Counted from the stretch's first letter, positions 40,064 through 50,337 are shown. The stretch is 64,000 nucleotides of DNA from Terriglobia bacterium (GCA_963695545.1 OY968796.1:3488001-3552000), one strand, 5' to 3'. Numbers and translations: made by a program. Notes: generated by a model not told the origin, from the letters alone.

Positions 40064-40888
40064 ATGCGGCCTGAGGCGACGAATGACGCGAAAGTACGCG
40101 CAGCGTCTATATACAACGCTGCGGCCGACTGTTTCGATGCGCCATCCCTTTCGTTCTGGGACCGCATCGGCCAGCGAACCGTCGCGCGAATGTCGCTGAA
40201 GGCCGGTGCGTGCGTCCTGGATGCGTGCTGCGGCAGCGGAGCCTCTGCCATTCCGGCGGCGCAAGCCATAGGCCTGCGCGGGCGCTTACTCGGTGTCGAT
40301 TTAGCCGAGAATCTCCTCCTCTTGGCGCGAGCGAAAGCATCGCAACTCGGCCTCGCCCACACTGAGTTCCGCGTGCAAGATATCGAGGAGCTCGATCCTT
40401 CCGCGGAAATGTTCGACGCGGTGATTTGCGTGTTCGGTATCTTCTTTGTGCCGGACATGCCTTCGGGCGTTCGTTCCCTTTGGCGAGTTCTCCGACCCGG
40501 CGGCCAGCTTGCAATCACCACCTGGGGACCGCGCTTCTTGGAATCCGGGAGTTCCGCTTTCTGGAACGCCGTGCGCAACGAGCGTCCGGACCTCTACAAG
40601 ACTTACAATCCATGGGACCGCATCAACGATCCGCGCGCGCTTGCATCCATGCTGCTCGAAGCCGGTGTGCACACAGATGATCTACTCGCAGAGGCCGGTG
40701 CTCAGCCGCTAAGTTCTCCGGAGGATTTCTGGACCATGGCAATGGGAACAGGCTACCGCGGCACGATCGAGCAGCTAGATCAGGAAACCCGCAACCGCGT
40801 GCGCCAAGCGACCCTGAACCACATCTCGAAAGATCGCGTGCAAAGCGTCGAAACCAACGCCGTCTATGCAATCGCGCGCAAACCATAG
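40064..40888 (+). CDS. Class I SAM-dependent methyltransferase
   Basis: VLDACCGSG, GVDLA, FDAVICVFG and RVLRPGG. Confidence 0.92.
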   Translation: MRPEATNDAKVRAASIYNAAADCFDAPSLSFWDRIGQRTVARMSLKAGACVLDACCGSGASAIPAAQAIGLRGRLLGVDLAENLLLLARAKASQLGLAHTEFRVQDIEELDPSAEMFDAVICVFGIFFVPDMPSGVRSLWRVLRPGGQLAITTWGPRFLESGSSAFWNAVRNERPDLYKTYNPWDRINDPRALASMLLEAGVHTDDLLAEAGAQPLSSPEDFWTMAMGTGYRGTIEQLDQETRNRVRQATLNHISKDRVQSVETNAVYAIARKP

Positions 40889-41364
40889 CGCCCCGTAAAT
40901 TTCACGCGGCTAAACATCCATAGCATCGCAGCGCAGTCAGTTTTCCAACGGAATTGCTCCATCAGTCGGGATTTCCGCCTCGAAGCGCGCAACCTCGCCG
41001 CGCCCCTCCCGCCACTCACCACCCGCCACTAGCCACGCGAAATCCCTTTTCGCCCGTAACTCGCCAGGTTAAACGCCTTGCTCATGCCCTGAATGTCTCG
41101 CTCCGTAAAAAGCGGGCGAATGTCCGCTTGATAACTCATTGGTTTGGTCACTGCCCCCTTGCAAGCTCCGGATTGCAAGTATGCCTCGCTCACACCTCGT
41201 GAATCGAAATCGCCCTGTCTCTCGATGTCAAAGCGTAGGATTTTTCTTTTCCAGTCAAAGTTTTAGGTCCGCGTTGCAACATTCTTAGCACGCATGCCGT
41301 CGTGCGCCGCCTAGACCGGCGCGCCAATTCCTTCTCGCCTCTTACCCTCCCGGACTCGAAAAGC

Positions 41365-41381
41365 CTGGCTAAAGCATTGCA
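41365..41381 (+). promoter_or_regulatory. Candidate sigma54 (-24/-12) promoter
   Basis: CTGGC-TAAAGCA-TTGCA with GG-N10-GC spacing, about 140 bp upstream of ATG 41519. Confidence 0.45.
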
Positions 41382-41518
41382 TACCGACTCAAGTGGGTGT
41401 AGCTTCTCCCGCAGTCAGCACAAAACCTCCGTTCATATCTCCGAGCAACCAGGCGGAGACGTGTTGGCATGGGTCCCGTCCGTTTCAAAATGGAAATACT
41501 CGACTGCGGGAGGCGGCC

Positions 41519-44500
41519 ATGCATCCTTCGCTGCGAGTTGCTCAGCTCTCAAGACAATTTGCAGGCCTCGTGTGCATTGCCTGTTTGCTTTCGCTCCACG
41601 CCTTCGCGCAAAAGCAAGGCGAAAGCGCGGGCACGCCCACATCGCCCGCCACAAGCGCATCGCCCCAGGCCCGCAATCCGGTGACAATAAGATTGTTCTC
41701 GAATGATTGGCCTACCGGGAAGGGCACGAAGGTTATCTTGTACCTCAGCGGCACCACAACCGTTTCGGTCCCCGCGGGCGAGAATGGTGTCACCACGATT
41801 GCTCCGCCAGCTGTCCCCGAGGGCGGAGTATCCCTGGACATTTATTTCCCTCCGGGTGGTAACGTCGCGTTGGTCGACCACGGTTGGCCGGCTCCGCCCG
41901 GTGCCGAAGGTCAAACTCCTATCGCCACCATCCCGTTTACGGAATCCACCACATCAATCTCCATCGACTCTTACGATCCTTCTCGCTATGGGGTTGGGGT
42001 CGTGACGACAACCGGGGAGATTTTGACGCATTTTTCCTGGGATACCGAATCCCAGGTGTCCCTCCCAGATCCTCAGACATTCGGCGCAGTAGGAGGAATA
42101 CACAATCACCCCGGATTTTACCCTTTCACTCCAGACTTCGGTCGGCGCCGGCGAGAACTCTGCCAACACGGCCCCAAATGCGACTACTGGAAGCGCGCCG
42201 AACACGTTCACTGTCGCGTGGACCGACTCGGCTGGCAACCTTACTGTCTACTCCGGCGTAAGTGCCGACAATATCGGCCTGCCGCGAGAGTTGATCGGGC
42301 TGATCTACGGAGGCCCCGAGACCTTGAACTCCGGAAACGTCGGTTGCAACGGCCCTGTCAGCTTCACCTGTAAGCCGGGGACAGGCGCGACCGCCCCGGC
42401 CGAGGAAACGCCAATCAGCGCCCCTGCCCCTTTCTCACCGGCGCTCTCAGTGGAAAATGGCGCTGCCCCAGGTGCAGCGGAGCCGGCACCGACGCCCACA
42501 CAAACGCAAGCGCCAGCCGCCGCTCCCGTGTCGGCGACCACCGGCACCGTCGCGCCGCAAGGAACCTCAAGCGCTGGCGCTGGCTCGTTCTCGCCGGCGC
42601 TCTCCGTGGAAACGGCCGTTGGGCCATGCGCCGCCGCTAATGATTGTGCCGCGGCGAAAGGACTCTACGACGATGCAATTCAGAACGCGATCGTCGCCGG
42701 CAATGACCTGATCCAGGCCACGAATACTCTGAACCAGGCTACGGATACGTTGAGCCAAGCCAAGAGCGACCAGCAGACCGGCCCCGCGCAGGCCAATTAC
42801 AACAACGCCTTCGCCAATTACAAATCCAAGCAGACCGCTTACACCAACGCAGCCGACACCGCAATCGCGAATTTTTACGCCTGGCAGGAGATAGCCGAAA
42901 AATTAGAAGCAAAGCCCGTGCAGTTGGCGCCGACAGATATCGGAGCCAACGTCATCCCCGAGGCAAACGCGCCTGCTTCACAAAATAAAGTCGCGACACC
43001 CGCACCGGGCAGCACGGAGGCTCGGCCTGCCCCCGGCGCCACGGCGGGCGCGAACGCTGCCTCAGAGCAGCAAACAGAAGAGCCCATGCCCGCGTTGACG
43101 CCGGAGGAGCAGGCGCAAGCACAGTTGGCGGAAGAAGAGATTGCACGGGAGCAAGCCGCAGCAAAGGAGGAAGAAGAAAAGCAGCGACAGCAGGCACTCG
43201 AGGAAGAGAAAGAAAAGGAGCAACAGAAGGCCCTGGAGCAGTCGCAAGAGAATCCGTCAATGGAGGCCAATCCCGGAGGAGAAGGCGCTGCCCCCGAGGC
43301 AAATGCGCCCGGTGCTTCCGAGAACACGGTCCCAGCCCCCACGCCTTCCGACGAGGGCGCTAACCCTCGCGCCTCCGAGCAAAACGGGACTGGTTCGCAA
43401 AGCTCCGGCACAGTTTCTACCGGCGAAGGTGCCACCGGCGCAGGCGCGGCCTCTTCCGCCACGAAAGATATTATCGTCAGCCTGGACGAACCCGCAGCGC
43501 AGGCCGACCTCATAACCGGCGACAACGGTACGCACGCGACGCTCACCAAAGGGGCGCTGACCGACGGCGGCAAAACTGCCCGCTTCGCTCTGCCCCAAAG
43601 CATTGGCACCGGCCCGACAGTCAACGTAAATGGGGAAAATACCGTCCTTCTCACCGTGCCGAAAAGGATGGCAACTGCGGGCTCATCCACGGCACCTGGC
43701 AACAATCAATCCGCGGCGTCCGCAGGACAGACGGCGTCGCGAGACCCGGGGATTAATGGGTACATCCTCCTCGCGGATACGTCGAAAGGCTCCCAGAGCA
43801 ACGCCGACCTGGAGAAGGACAGCTGGACCTGGGGCTCGTCCCAATTCCCGACCTTCTTACTGCTCGGCCCCATGCCCGAATGCAAGTCCGCAACCTCCGC
43901 CGCCGCACCCTCGAACTCAAATGCCTCCCCGTGTTTTTTGAACTTTAAGTTCAAGCAGGTTGACGTTACCTCTGTGCGCCCGAGCAGCTCAAACGAGACC
44001 GCGCTGCCTTCGGGGGGCATCATCCTCGCTCTCCCCACCGCGACGCCTGCCACCGGCCCCCTAAGCACGACACCCGGCGTCGGGACATCCGCCAGCGCCT
44101 CCAACTTTTATATCGAAGCCTACCGAGATGCAGGCGGTGACGTGGTAACTGTGATGCATCCCACGTTCACGGCTACGGCGAGCGGCATAATTGTCAACGG
44201 CGGAGCTACCACAAACGCCGCGTCCGCCAAGCAGCAAGCGGCGCTTCCGTACCAAACCTATCTGGGCGGCTCGGGATACACCGACTCGAGCAGCGGCGGC
44301 GCTACCGTGCCGGCGAGTGGAGCCGGCAGCTCGATCGCAGCAACTTCGAGCAGCCAGCAACCGGCGCTTCCCTACCAAACCTATCTGGGCGGCTCCGGCA
44401 ACACCAACTCGGTCAGCACCGGCACGCAAGCGATCTCTTCCGCCCCGATAAAGTTCTCGGTGACCTTTCCTGTAGCCATCCCTGTGACCGAAGCAGAGGC

Positions 44501-46526
44501 GATATTCTGGGGCAAGACCACGAGCCCGGTGATCATTCCACTGATTCCAACCCCGCTAGTTCAACTGGGTACGACTCCCCCCTCTGCCAACTCACTCTTG
44601 ACCTTCACGGCTACCGCGTCGGGCCCACATGCCATCGTGGGGCAGCCCGAAACGACTAGCGTGTCTCCAAACACACCGTCTGCCGCCGCGGGCTCTAGCA
44701 CTTCGGCCACTCAACCCGCGACCCCCACTGGCACCCAAGGCACGTCGACCGGGGCATCCGTCACCACGAACGCCGGCGGCACAAAACTAAAATACATTCT
44801 CCCCATCGCGGGCGGAGGCGCCGTCGCCGCTTTCTTGTTATCGAAGAAACCTGGCAACGCCAGCCCGGCAGCGGCCCCAAACCCGTTAAACATGATCATT
44901 CTAACGGTGCCGCAAGTTCCGGCAACCACCGGTTCTCCCACCACGAACTCCAAGATCCCAGCCTCGGCGTTCTCTGGACCGTATGTGTTCACCGCCGGGC
45001 CACTCTTGTCCAGTCTTGGCGCCGGCCCCGCGGCAACGGCGCCAGAGATCCAGCTGCAGGCCATTCCCGTACCAGCGTGCCAGCCCGCCACCTCCAGCGC
45101 CGCGCCTCCGAACACCAACGGGATGTGGTCGTTGTACGTTCAAACCAGCGAAAACACTTCCGCCATCGCCGGCGGTTGGTGTCTCGATTTCTCCGCTCCC
45201 TCGGTTCATTTTACGTCGCTCGGAGGGTGGACATTAAACTTCCTGGCCAACCCGCCCTCGACTTCGGCTAGCGATACAGCCACCGGCGGCAACGCGACAA
45301 CGAGCGCCTCGTCAACGGGCACTGGTTCAGTCGCGGTTACGGTTCCCGGTTCTCTCGCCGCCACCACGCCTGAAGTTTGCAGCGCGACGACCGGCGTTTG
45401 TACGACCGGCGGCACGACCACCTTCGTCCCGTCGACCGGCGCGACCGGTGCCATCGCCTCGAACTCTGCCGGCGGATCCTCTAGCGCATCCAACAGCGTT
45501 GCTGCGGCCGCCACTGCGACTGTCCCCGCAAGCCCATCCTCGAGCGGCTCTCCGACTGTCACCAGTCTTTCGGTTTGCCCGAGCCTGGCATGGCAGGATG
45601 CCGCATCCAAACTGCCTCTGGCAAAAGTCATTTCGGATGGAACGAGTCCTGGGTTTGGCGTGGACATCAAAACGCCGCCCGGTCTTAACACCACTATCTT
45701 CACCACTCCGCGGAGCGATCGTATTGAAGTGTATCTGCCGAGCGTGCTCTTACCCGGGCAAACCTTTTCGGCGTCGATGAAAGTCGTGCCGAAGGATCCC
45801 GCGGATCAAAAGGAACTGAATTCTTACTCGTTCAGAATCGGCGGCCAACCAACGGGGCTCAGCACCGGAATCTTTTCCGCAGCAGTTCCTGCCGCAACCG
45901 CTGGTTCATCCACTGACTTGGTTCTCGTCGACAAGAAAGGGAAAGAACAAGCCGGAGTATCGCTTCCTCTTTCTTCGACGCCCCCGTCGCCGCCGCTGGA
46001 GACTGATTTGCCCGCGAGCGCGACGTACGGAGACGTCATCGTAATTCACGCTCCCATGCAGGGAGCCTTCGCGCCTACGGACTACGTCAAGATTGGTGGG
46101 GTAAATGTTCAACTGCTGGCAAAATCCGCAAACGAGCTCGTGGCGCTCGATACCAGCGATGTACCTGGCCCGACCGAGATTGAGAGCAATGTGAATGGCA
46201 CGGTCACCAAAGGTCCATTCCGTAATTTCACGCTCAAACTCTGGGCCGACCAATACCATCTCCTAAAAGGTCAGGGAACCACCGTCCACATTCTGGTCAG
46301 CGGTCTTGAAAAGCTGCAAACCGCAGCGCCAATGACCATCGACACCTCCGGCACAGTCACCATGGCCGGTGGCAATTCGCAGGCTTTGTCGATCACCCCA
46401 AGCGACGTGCAACCCCACGGAACCTATTCCACCGACCGCGCCCTCTCGTCCTACGAAGCGGGCGATTTCCGAGTGGTCGTCACCGTTAGGGTGAACCCGA
46501 TTTGCGGCTCCGCGGACCAGCCATGA
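41519..46526 (+). pseudogene. Very large secreted low-complexity protein split by a +1 frameshift near 42093-42120 (about 1668 aa if joined)
   Basis: Frame 1 has GGAGG RBS and a signal peptide (AFA-Q) and turns atypical after ...TFGAVGG; frame 2 is open 42093-46526 and continues with the same T/S/A/P-rich composition. Confidence 0.7.
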
Positions 46527-46643
46527 TTTCGTAAAGTAACGGGTAAGGACGACTCGATTTCCGCGAAGCGTAGTTCACCCATCTCGTCGACGTTGTTGAG
46601 GGCGCCTGGCCCATCCTCTGGCGAGCAAAAGGGGCGCCTGGCC

Positions 46644-46700
46644 CAGCCTTTGACCTGAGGGTGGCCCATCCTTTGTCCGCCGCGGCGGACAAAGGGTGGG
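46644..46700 (+). repeat. 57-bp REP-like element, copy 1
   Basis: GTGG followed by a 36-bp near-perfect palindrome CCCATCCTTTGTCCGCCGCGGCGGACAAAGGGTGGG; 56/57 identical to 49653-49709. Confidence 0.85.
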
Positions 46701-46959
46701 CTCTCGACCGTGGAACCTGAAGTGCTAGACTGCAGCAACAGGTGCCCGCGTTTGACCACGAATCACAATTCTTCCTTTGCACCCGCAACCAGAAAATCGG
46801 GACACGTTCGGTCTTCCCCGGTTTTTCCGAGGCGAATGGCGCGCTGGATTCTCGCCTTGGACGTTAGGTGAAATTCTAATGCGCGCCATGCGTTTGACCT
46901 GACCGGGGTTTTTTGTACCAGCGGGAGTGAGAGAGAATTCACTCTGGAGGGAAGCTGGT

Positions 46960-47238
46960 ATGCCGATGAGGAGATACAAGCCGGAGCAGATCGTCACGCT
47001 GCTGCGGCAAGTTGAAGTTGAAGTCGCCAACGGAAAGAGCACCCCACAAGCCTGCAAGGAAGCCGAGATCACCGCGCAGACCTACTACCGCTGGCGGAAG
47101 GAATACGGCGGCCTGAAGTTGGATCAAGCGAAACGCCTCAAAGAGTTGGAGCGGGAAAACGCCAAGCTGAAACGGTTGGTGGCGGAGCTTTCGTTGGAGA
47201 AGCAAATTCTGAAGGATGTGGCAGAGGGAAACTTCTAA
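46960..47238 (+). CDS. IS3 transposase OrfA
   Basis: HTH, TYYRWRKEYGGL, leucine zipper LKELERENAKLKRLV; ends at slippery G-GGA-AAC (47226-47232). Confidence 0.93.
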   Translation: MPMRRYKPEQIVTLLRQVEVEVANGKSTPQACKEAEITAQTYYRWRKEYGGLKLDQAKRLKELERENAKLKRLVAELSLEKQILKDVAEGNF

Positions 47239-48104
47239 GCCCTGAGCGGCGACGTAGCGCGGTGGAGCATGCACGCGAGAGCTACCAAGTATCAGAGCGG
47301 CATGCCTGCCGGTTGCTGGGGCAGTGGAGAGGGACACAACGCTACGAGGTGATCCACCGAACGGATGAAGACGCGCTGACGCGAGACATCGTGGCGCTGG
47401 CCAGCGAGTACGGGCGCTTCGGCTATCGGAGGATCACGGCGCTGTTGCAAGCACGGGGCTGGTATGTGGGCAAGGATCGGGTGCAGCGGATCTGGCGGCG
47501 CGAAGGGCTGAAAGTGCCGCAGGGACAAAGGCCGCGAGGAAGGCTGTGGTTGAACGACGGATCGTGTGTTCGTCTCCGGCCGGAACGAGCCAACCATGTG
47601 TGGAGCTACGATTTCGTGAGCGCGATGACCCACGACGGCCGAACACTGCGAATGCTGACGCTGATCGACGAATACACGCGGGAGTGCCTGGCGATCCGCG
47701 TGGCGAGAAGGCTGGGGAGATACGAAGTGATCGAAGCGCTGGCGGACGTGATGCTTTACCGGGGAATTCCGGAACATATTCGCTCGGACAACGGCCCGGA
47801 GTTCGTGGCCAAGGAGCTGAGGAGTTGGCTGGCGAAGGTGGGAACGGGGACGCTGTACATCGAACCGGGAAGCCCTTGGGAGAATGGCTACTGCGAAAGC
47901 TTCAACGGGAAATTGCGCGATGAATGTTTGAACGGAGAGATTTTTTACTCGCTGAAGGAAGCGCAGATCGTGATCGAGAAATGGCGGATGGTGTACAACA
48001 CGCTGCGTCCGCACTCAGCGCTGGGCTACAGGCCACCGGCGCCGGTGGCCTGTAGCCCCTTGGTGCCGCCAATTCTCGGTTCGCCGTCGACGGCTGTGAT
48101 GTAG
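47226..48104 (+). CDS. IS3 transposase OrfB (DDE), reached by -1 frameshift
   Basis: -1 frame reads GKLLSPERRRSAVEH...; WSYDF, RSDNGPEF, ESFNGKLRDECLN, RPHSALGY. Confidence 0.93.
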   Translation, partial: GKLLSPERRRSAVEHARESYQVSERHACRLLGQWRGTQRYEVIHRTDEDALTRDIVALASEYGRFGYRRITALLQARGWYVGKDRVQRIWRREGLKVPQGQRPRGRLWLNDGSCVRLRPERANHVWSYDFVSAMTHDGRTLRMLTLIDEYTRECLAIRVARRLGRYEVIEALADVMLYRGIPEHIRSDNGPEFVAKELRSWLAKVGTGTLYIEPGSPWENGYCESFNGKLRDECLNGEIFYSLKEAQIVIEKWRMVYNTLRPHSALGYRPPAPVACSPLVPPILGSPSTAVM

Positions 48105-48144
48105 ACTCTCTCATTCACCGTGGTACAAAAACTCGGGCTGGTCA

Positions 48145-48240
48145 TTTACCGGTGCTAGCGGAACAGGTAACAATGCTATTCCAATCTATTGGGAACAAGG
48201 TGCGAGCCAGGATCTACTCAATATCTTAGGCCCGAAATAG
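48145..48240 (+). pseudogene. Orphan 3' end of a gene cut off at the IS right end
   Basis: FTGASGTGNNAIPIYWEQGASQDLLNILGPK*; a paralogous tail AVPIYWEQGANTSLLNILGPR* ends at 49008. Confidence 0.6.
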
Positions 48241-48262
48241 ACTCATCTAGGACGAGGACACC

Positions 48263-48928
48263 ATGCGGGAAGAGGAAGAAGTCCGACGCTTCACAAAACG
48301 ACTGCGCTATGCACATGAAATCCTATTCTCGTTGGCCACGGGATTTTGGGTTGGCATCGGGGGATTCCTAGGGTTATTCCCGCCCCTCAGACTAACTTCC
48401 GTCCCTTTCGCGTTCCTTGAGAAGGCATTGTTCCACACTGTGCCGCGTTTCGGCATATTCCTCAGCAATCGCGAGTACGTTATCGCGGCTGCATATTTAA
48501 ATGCTCTATTGGCTGCCGTTCTTATCTTCGTTTTCCTCAGACTGATCTCTCGTACCCTCCTGGCTAGGTGGATCGTGTATTCGGCGGCCGGTCCTATCGT
48601 GCTTCTCTGCGTGCCTGCTGGCTGGCTTTTTGAAACACATTTTTTGCCGGTGCTTCGGGGCCCGCCGAACCCGCCGCGCCCCGTGCTGATGCTTGAATTA
48701 GCTACCGCTCTCTTCTGTGCGCTGCTTTACTTGGATGCTAGGCACTGGGTCCCGAAATGGGTTGGCGCCCTGCTGCTGAGTGGTCATACAGCCCTCTGGT
48801 TTTGGGTCGCCGGAGGTGGCGCGTACCGCAAGTTCGGTTTTTCCTTCGTGGTCCTTTCGATTCTTACTTTCTGCTCCATGATGGCCTGGAGTTTCTACGT
48901 GGCCAGTCTGAGCAAGCAGGTGACGTGA
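48263..48928 (+). CDS. Hypothetical multi-pass membrane protein
   Basis: GAGGA RBS; about 6 hydrophobic helices; visibly lower GC than core genes. Confidence 0.8.
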   Translation: MREEEEVRRFTKRLRYAHEILFSLATGFWVGIGGFLGLFPPLRLTSVPFAFLEKALFHTVPRFGIFLSNREYVIAAAYLNALLAAVLIFVFLRLISRTLLARWIVYSAAGPIVLLCVPAGWLFETHFLPVLRGPPNPPRPVLMLELATALFCALLYLDARHWVPKWVGALLLSGHTALWFWVAGGGAYRKFGFSFVVLSILTFCSMMAWSFYVASLSKQVT

Positions 48929-48942
48929 GCAAATGCGCTGTG

Positions 48943-49112
48943 GCTGTTCCAATCTATTGGGAACAGGGCGCGAACACCAGCCTACTGAACATCCTGGGCC
49001 CGAGGTAGTTTCCTCCAAAACGAGGACAACATGCAGGAAGAGGAAGATGTCCGAGGTTTCACAAAACCGCTGCGCTACGTTCATGAAACCCTGTTCTCAC
49101 TGGCCACGGGAT
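48943..49112 (+). repeat. Diverged 170-bp direct repeat of 48175-48344 (gene tail, RBS and truncated second membrane gene from 49031)
   Basis: Ungapped alignment at offset 768; MQEEEDVRGFTKPLRYVHETLFSLATG versus MREEEEVRRFTKRLRYAHEILFSLATG. Confidence 0.85.
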
Positions 49113-49285
49113 GGTTCCATTGTGTCGGACGTTTCCTTAGGTTCCACCGCCGTGGGCACGGGAGATCAGGCCTCGGAAAAACTCGGGAACAATCGAGGAA
49201 CAGAACCTGCCAAATACCGTCAAAAATCCAGTACAACGACATAGGTAAAGACAAGACGAGCCAACTACTTGGTGTTCTCAGAGTA

Positions 49286-49332
49286 GCTTTGCAAGCAGGG
49301 GGTCGCCGGTTCGATCCCGGCCACGTCCACCA
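49286..49332 (+). tRNA. 3' half of tRNA-Ala(TGC); partial, att-like remnant
   Basis: Anticodon loop TT-TGC-AA, T-arm GCCGG-TTCGATC-CCGGC, ends CCACCA; no D-arm or 5' acceptor strand upstream. Confidence 0.85.
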
Positions 49333-49510
49333 ACGTTTTCTCTGATTGCAGAACACCTTGGAAACTCATCGCGGCTTCTATCCCTTCGTATTTCGCGCAC
49401 CGGAATGAACGCTGGGAGCGAGATCCTGTCGTAGCGCACACTTTTCACATTACCCTCGATCAAAAGAACGATGTTGCAAAGATGCGGGAGCGACCGGCAA
49501 GCTGATACGC

Positions 49511-49647
49511 GTGCCAGAACTGCCGGATATCGCCGCCTACATCAGTGCCCTCGAGCCGCGCATTGTGGCCCAGCCGATTGAGCGAGTGCGACTCGCAAGC
49601 CCTTTTCTTCTGCGAAGCGTGCAACCGCCGATTTCGGATGTGGCGGG
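49511..49647 (+). pseudogene. N-terminal fragment of an Fpg/Nei-family DNA glycosylase
   Basis: MPELPDI catalytic N-terminus; similarity stops after about 46 aa where the REP-like repeat begins. Confidence 0.8.
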
Positions 49648-49652
49648 TGGCG

Positions 49653-49709
49653 CAGCCTTTGACCTGAGGGTGGCCCATCCTTTGTCCGCCGCGGCGGAAA
49701 AAGGGTGGG
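49653..49709 (+). repeat. 57-bp REP-like element, copy 2
   Basis: Direct repeat of 46644-46700 with one mismatch. Confidence 0.85.
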
Positions 49710-49763
49710 TCTTTCCCATCAATCCCATTCGAATTGACTTTTCGAATACCTCATAAATATATG

Positions 49764-49793
49764 TTGACACTGTAGTATTGCTCGTGCTAGGCT
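49764..49793 (+). promoter_or_regulatory. Sigma70-type promoter
   Basis: TTGACA-N18-TAGGCT with extended TG and an AT-rich upstream tract. Confidence 0.5.
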
Positions 49794-50024
49794 TCGGCGT
49801 GACTTGCAAACGCACGCCTTCGCCGCTGAAACTGCGGGCGACGCACGCCGCCCGCCCGCGCAAGCTTTTCCCGCTCACGCCCAACTCATCCGCACAAGTC
49901 CTGCCGACGAAGTTTCCGCGCTTCGGCGCGTCTCGCGAGGAGCGGTCCGCCCGCCCTGCCCGGGCTACCAAATATCATCGATTCAGTTCAGCCGAATCGC
50001 GCTCACGTGTACCAACGCGTCGCC

Positions 50025-50183
50025 GTAAACCGCTGATTGCAAACCAAATGCAAAAGAGTGCGCATCTCGTTGAAAATAAACACTCGCAAGCCTATTGTCC
50101 TCAATCAATTACGCACTCTTTGTCACTCTTTTCCCGGAAGTCCTGTGTTTGCCGCTCTTACGCAAAACATACCCGGGGGGTGT
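50025..50183. repeat. Dispersed non-coding element, copy 2 (copy 1 at 641-789)
   Basis: Same conserved blocks as copy 1; internal IR AAAGAGTGCG/CGCACTCTTT. Confidence 0.7.
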
Positions 50184-50284
50184 GGGGGGTGGGCGTGCCA
50201 ACTGGAGCGATTTCCTTCCCCGCCGGCGATCCACAACTCCGCGCCGCCGTAAGGATATGTCGATCGAGACCCGGGCTGCGCCGA

Positions 50285-50313
50285 TTGACACCACCGGCCC
50301 CACGACTTACCCT
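50285..50313 (+). promoter_or_regulatory. Sigma70-type promoter for the xdhC-like gene
   Basis: TTGACA-N17-TACCCT about 25 bp before the ATG. Confidence 0.5.
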
Positions 50314-50337
50314 GAATCGAGGCGAGGCATAGCGCGC

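Larger units (their letters stand above)
46895..48144 (+). mobile_element. IS3-family insertion sequence (IS407-group-like), 1250 bp
   Basis: TG...CA ends; imperfect terminal IRs TGACCTGACCGGGGTTTTTTGTACCA and TGGTACAAAAACTCGGGCTGGTCA; orfA and orfB. Confidence 0.93.

Noticed and set aside
41012..41036. Heptamer run CCACTCA-CCACCCG-CCACTAG-CCAC
   Set aside because: Too short and degenerate to assign a function
46893..46902. TTTGACCTGA shared by the IS left end and the REP-like repeats
   Set aside because: Only 10 bp; cannot be separated from chance without genome-wide data
49260..49332. Complete tRNA-Ala gene
   Set aside because: No D-arm, no 5' acceptor strand and an incomplete anticodon stem
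46644..49709. Palindromic repeats as a CRISPR array
   Set aside because: Only two copies, 3 kb apart, no regular spacers and no cas genes
49778..50332. 184-aa ORF (and 524-760) as conserved proteins
   Set aside because: The shared DNA element is read in different frames in the two ORFs and the composition is not protein-like
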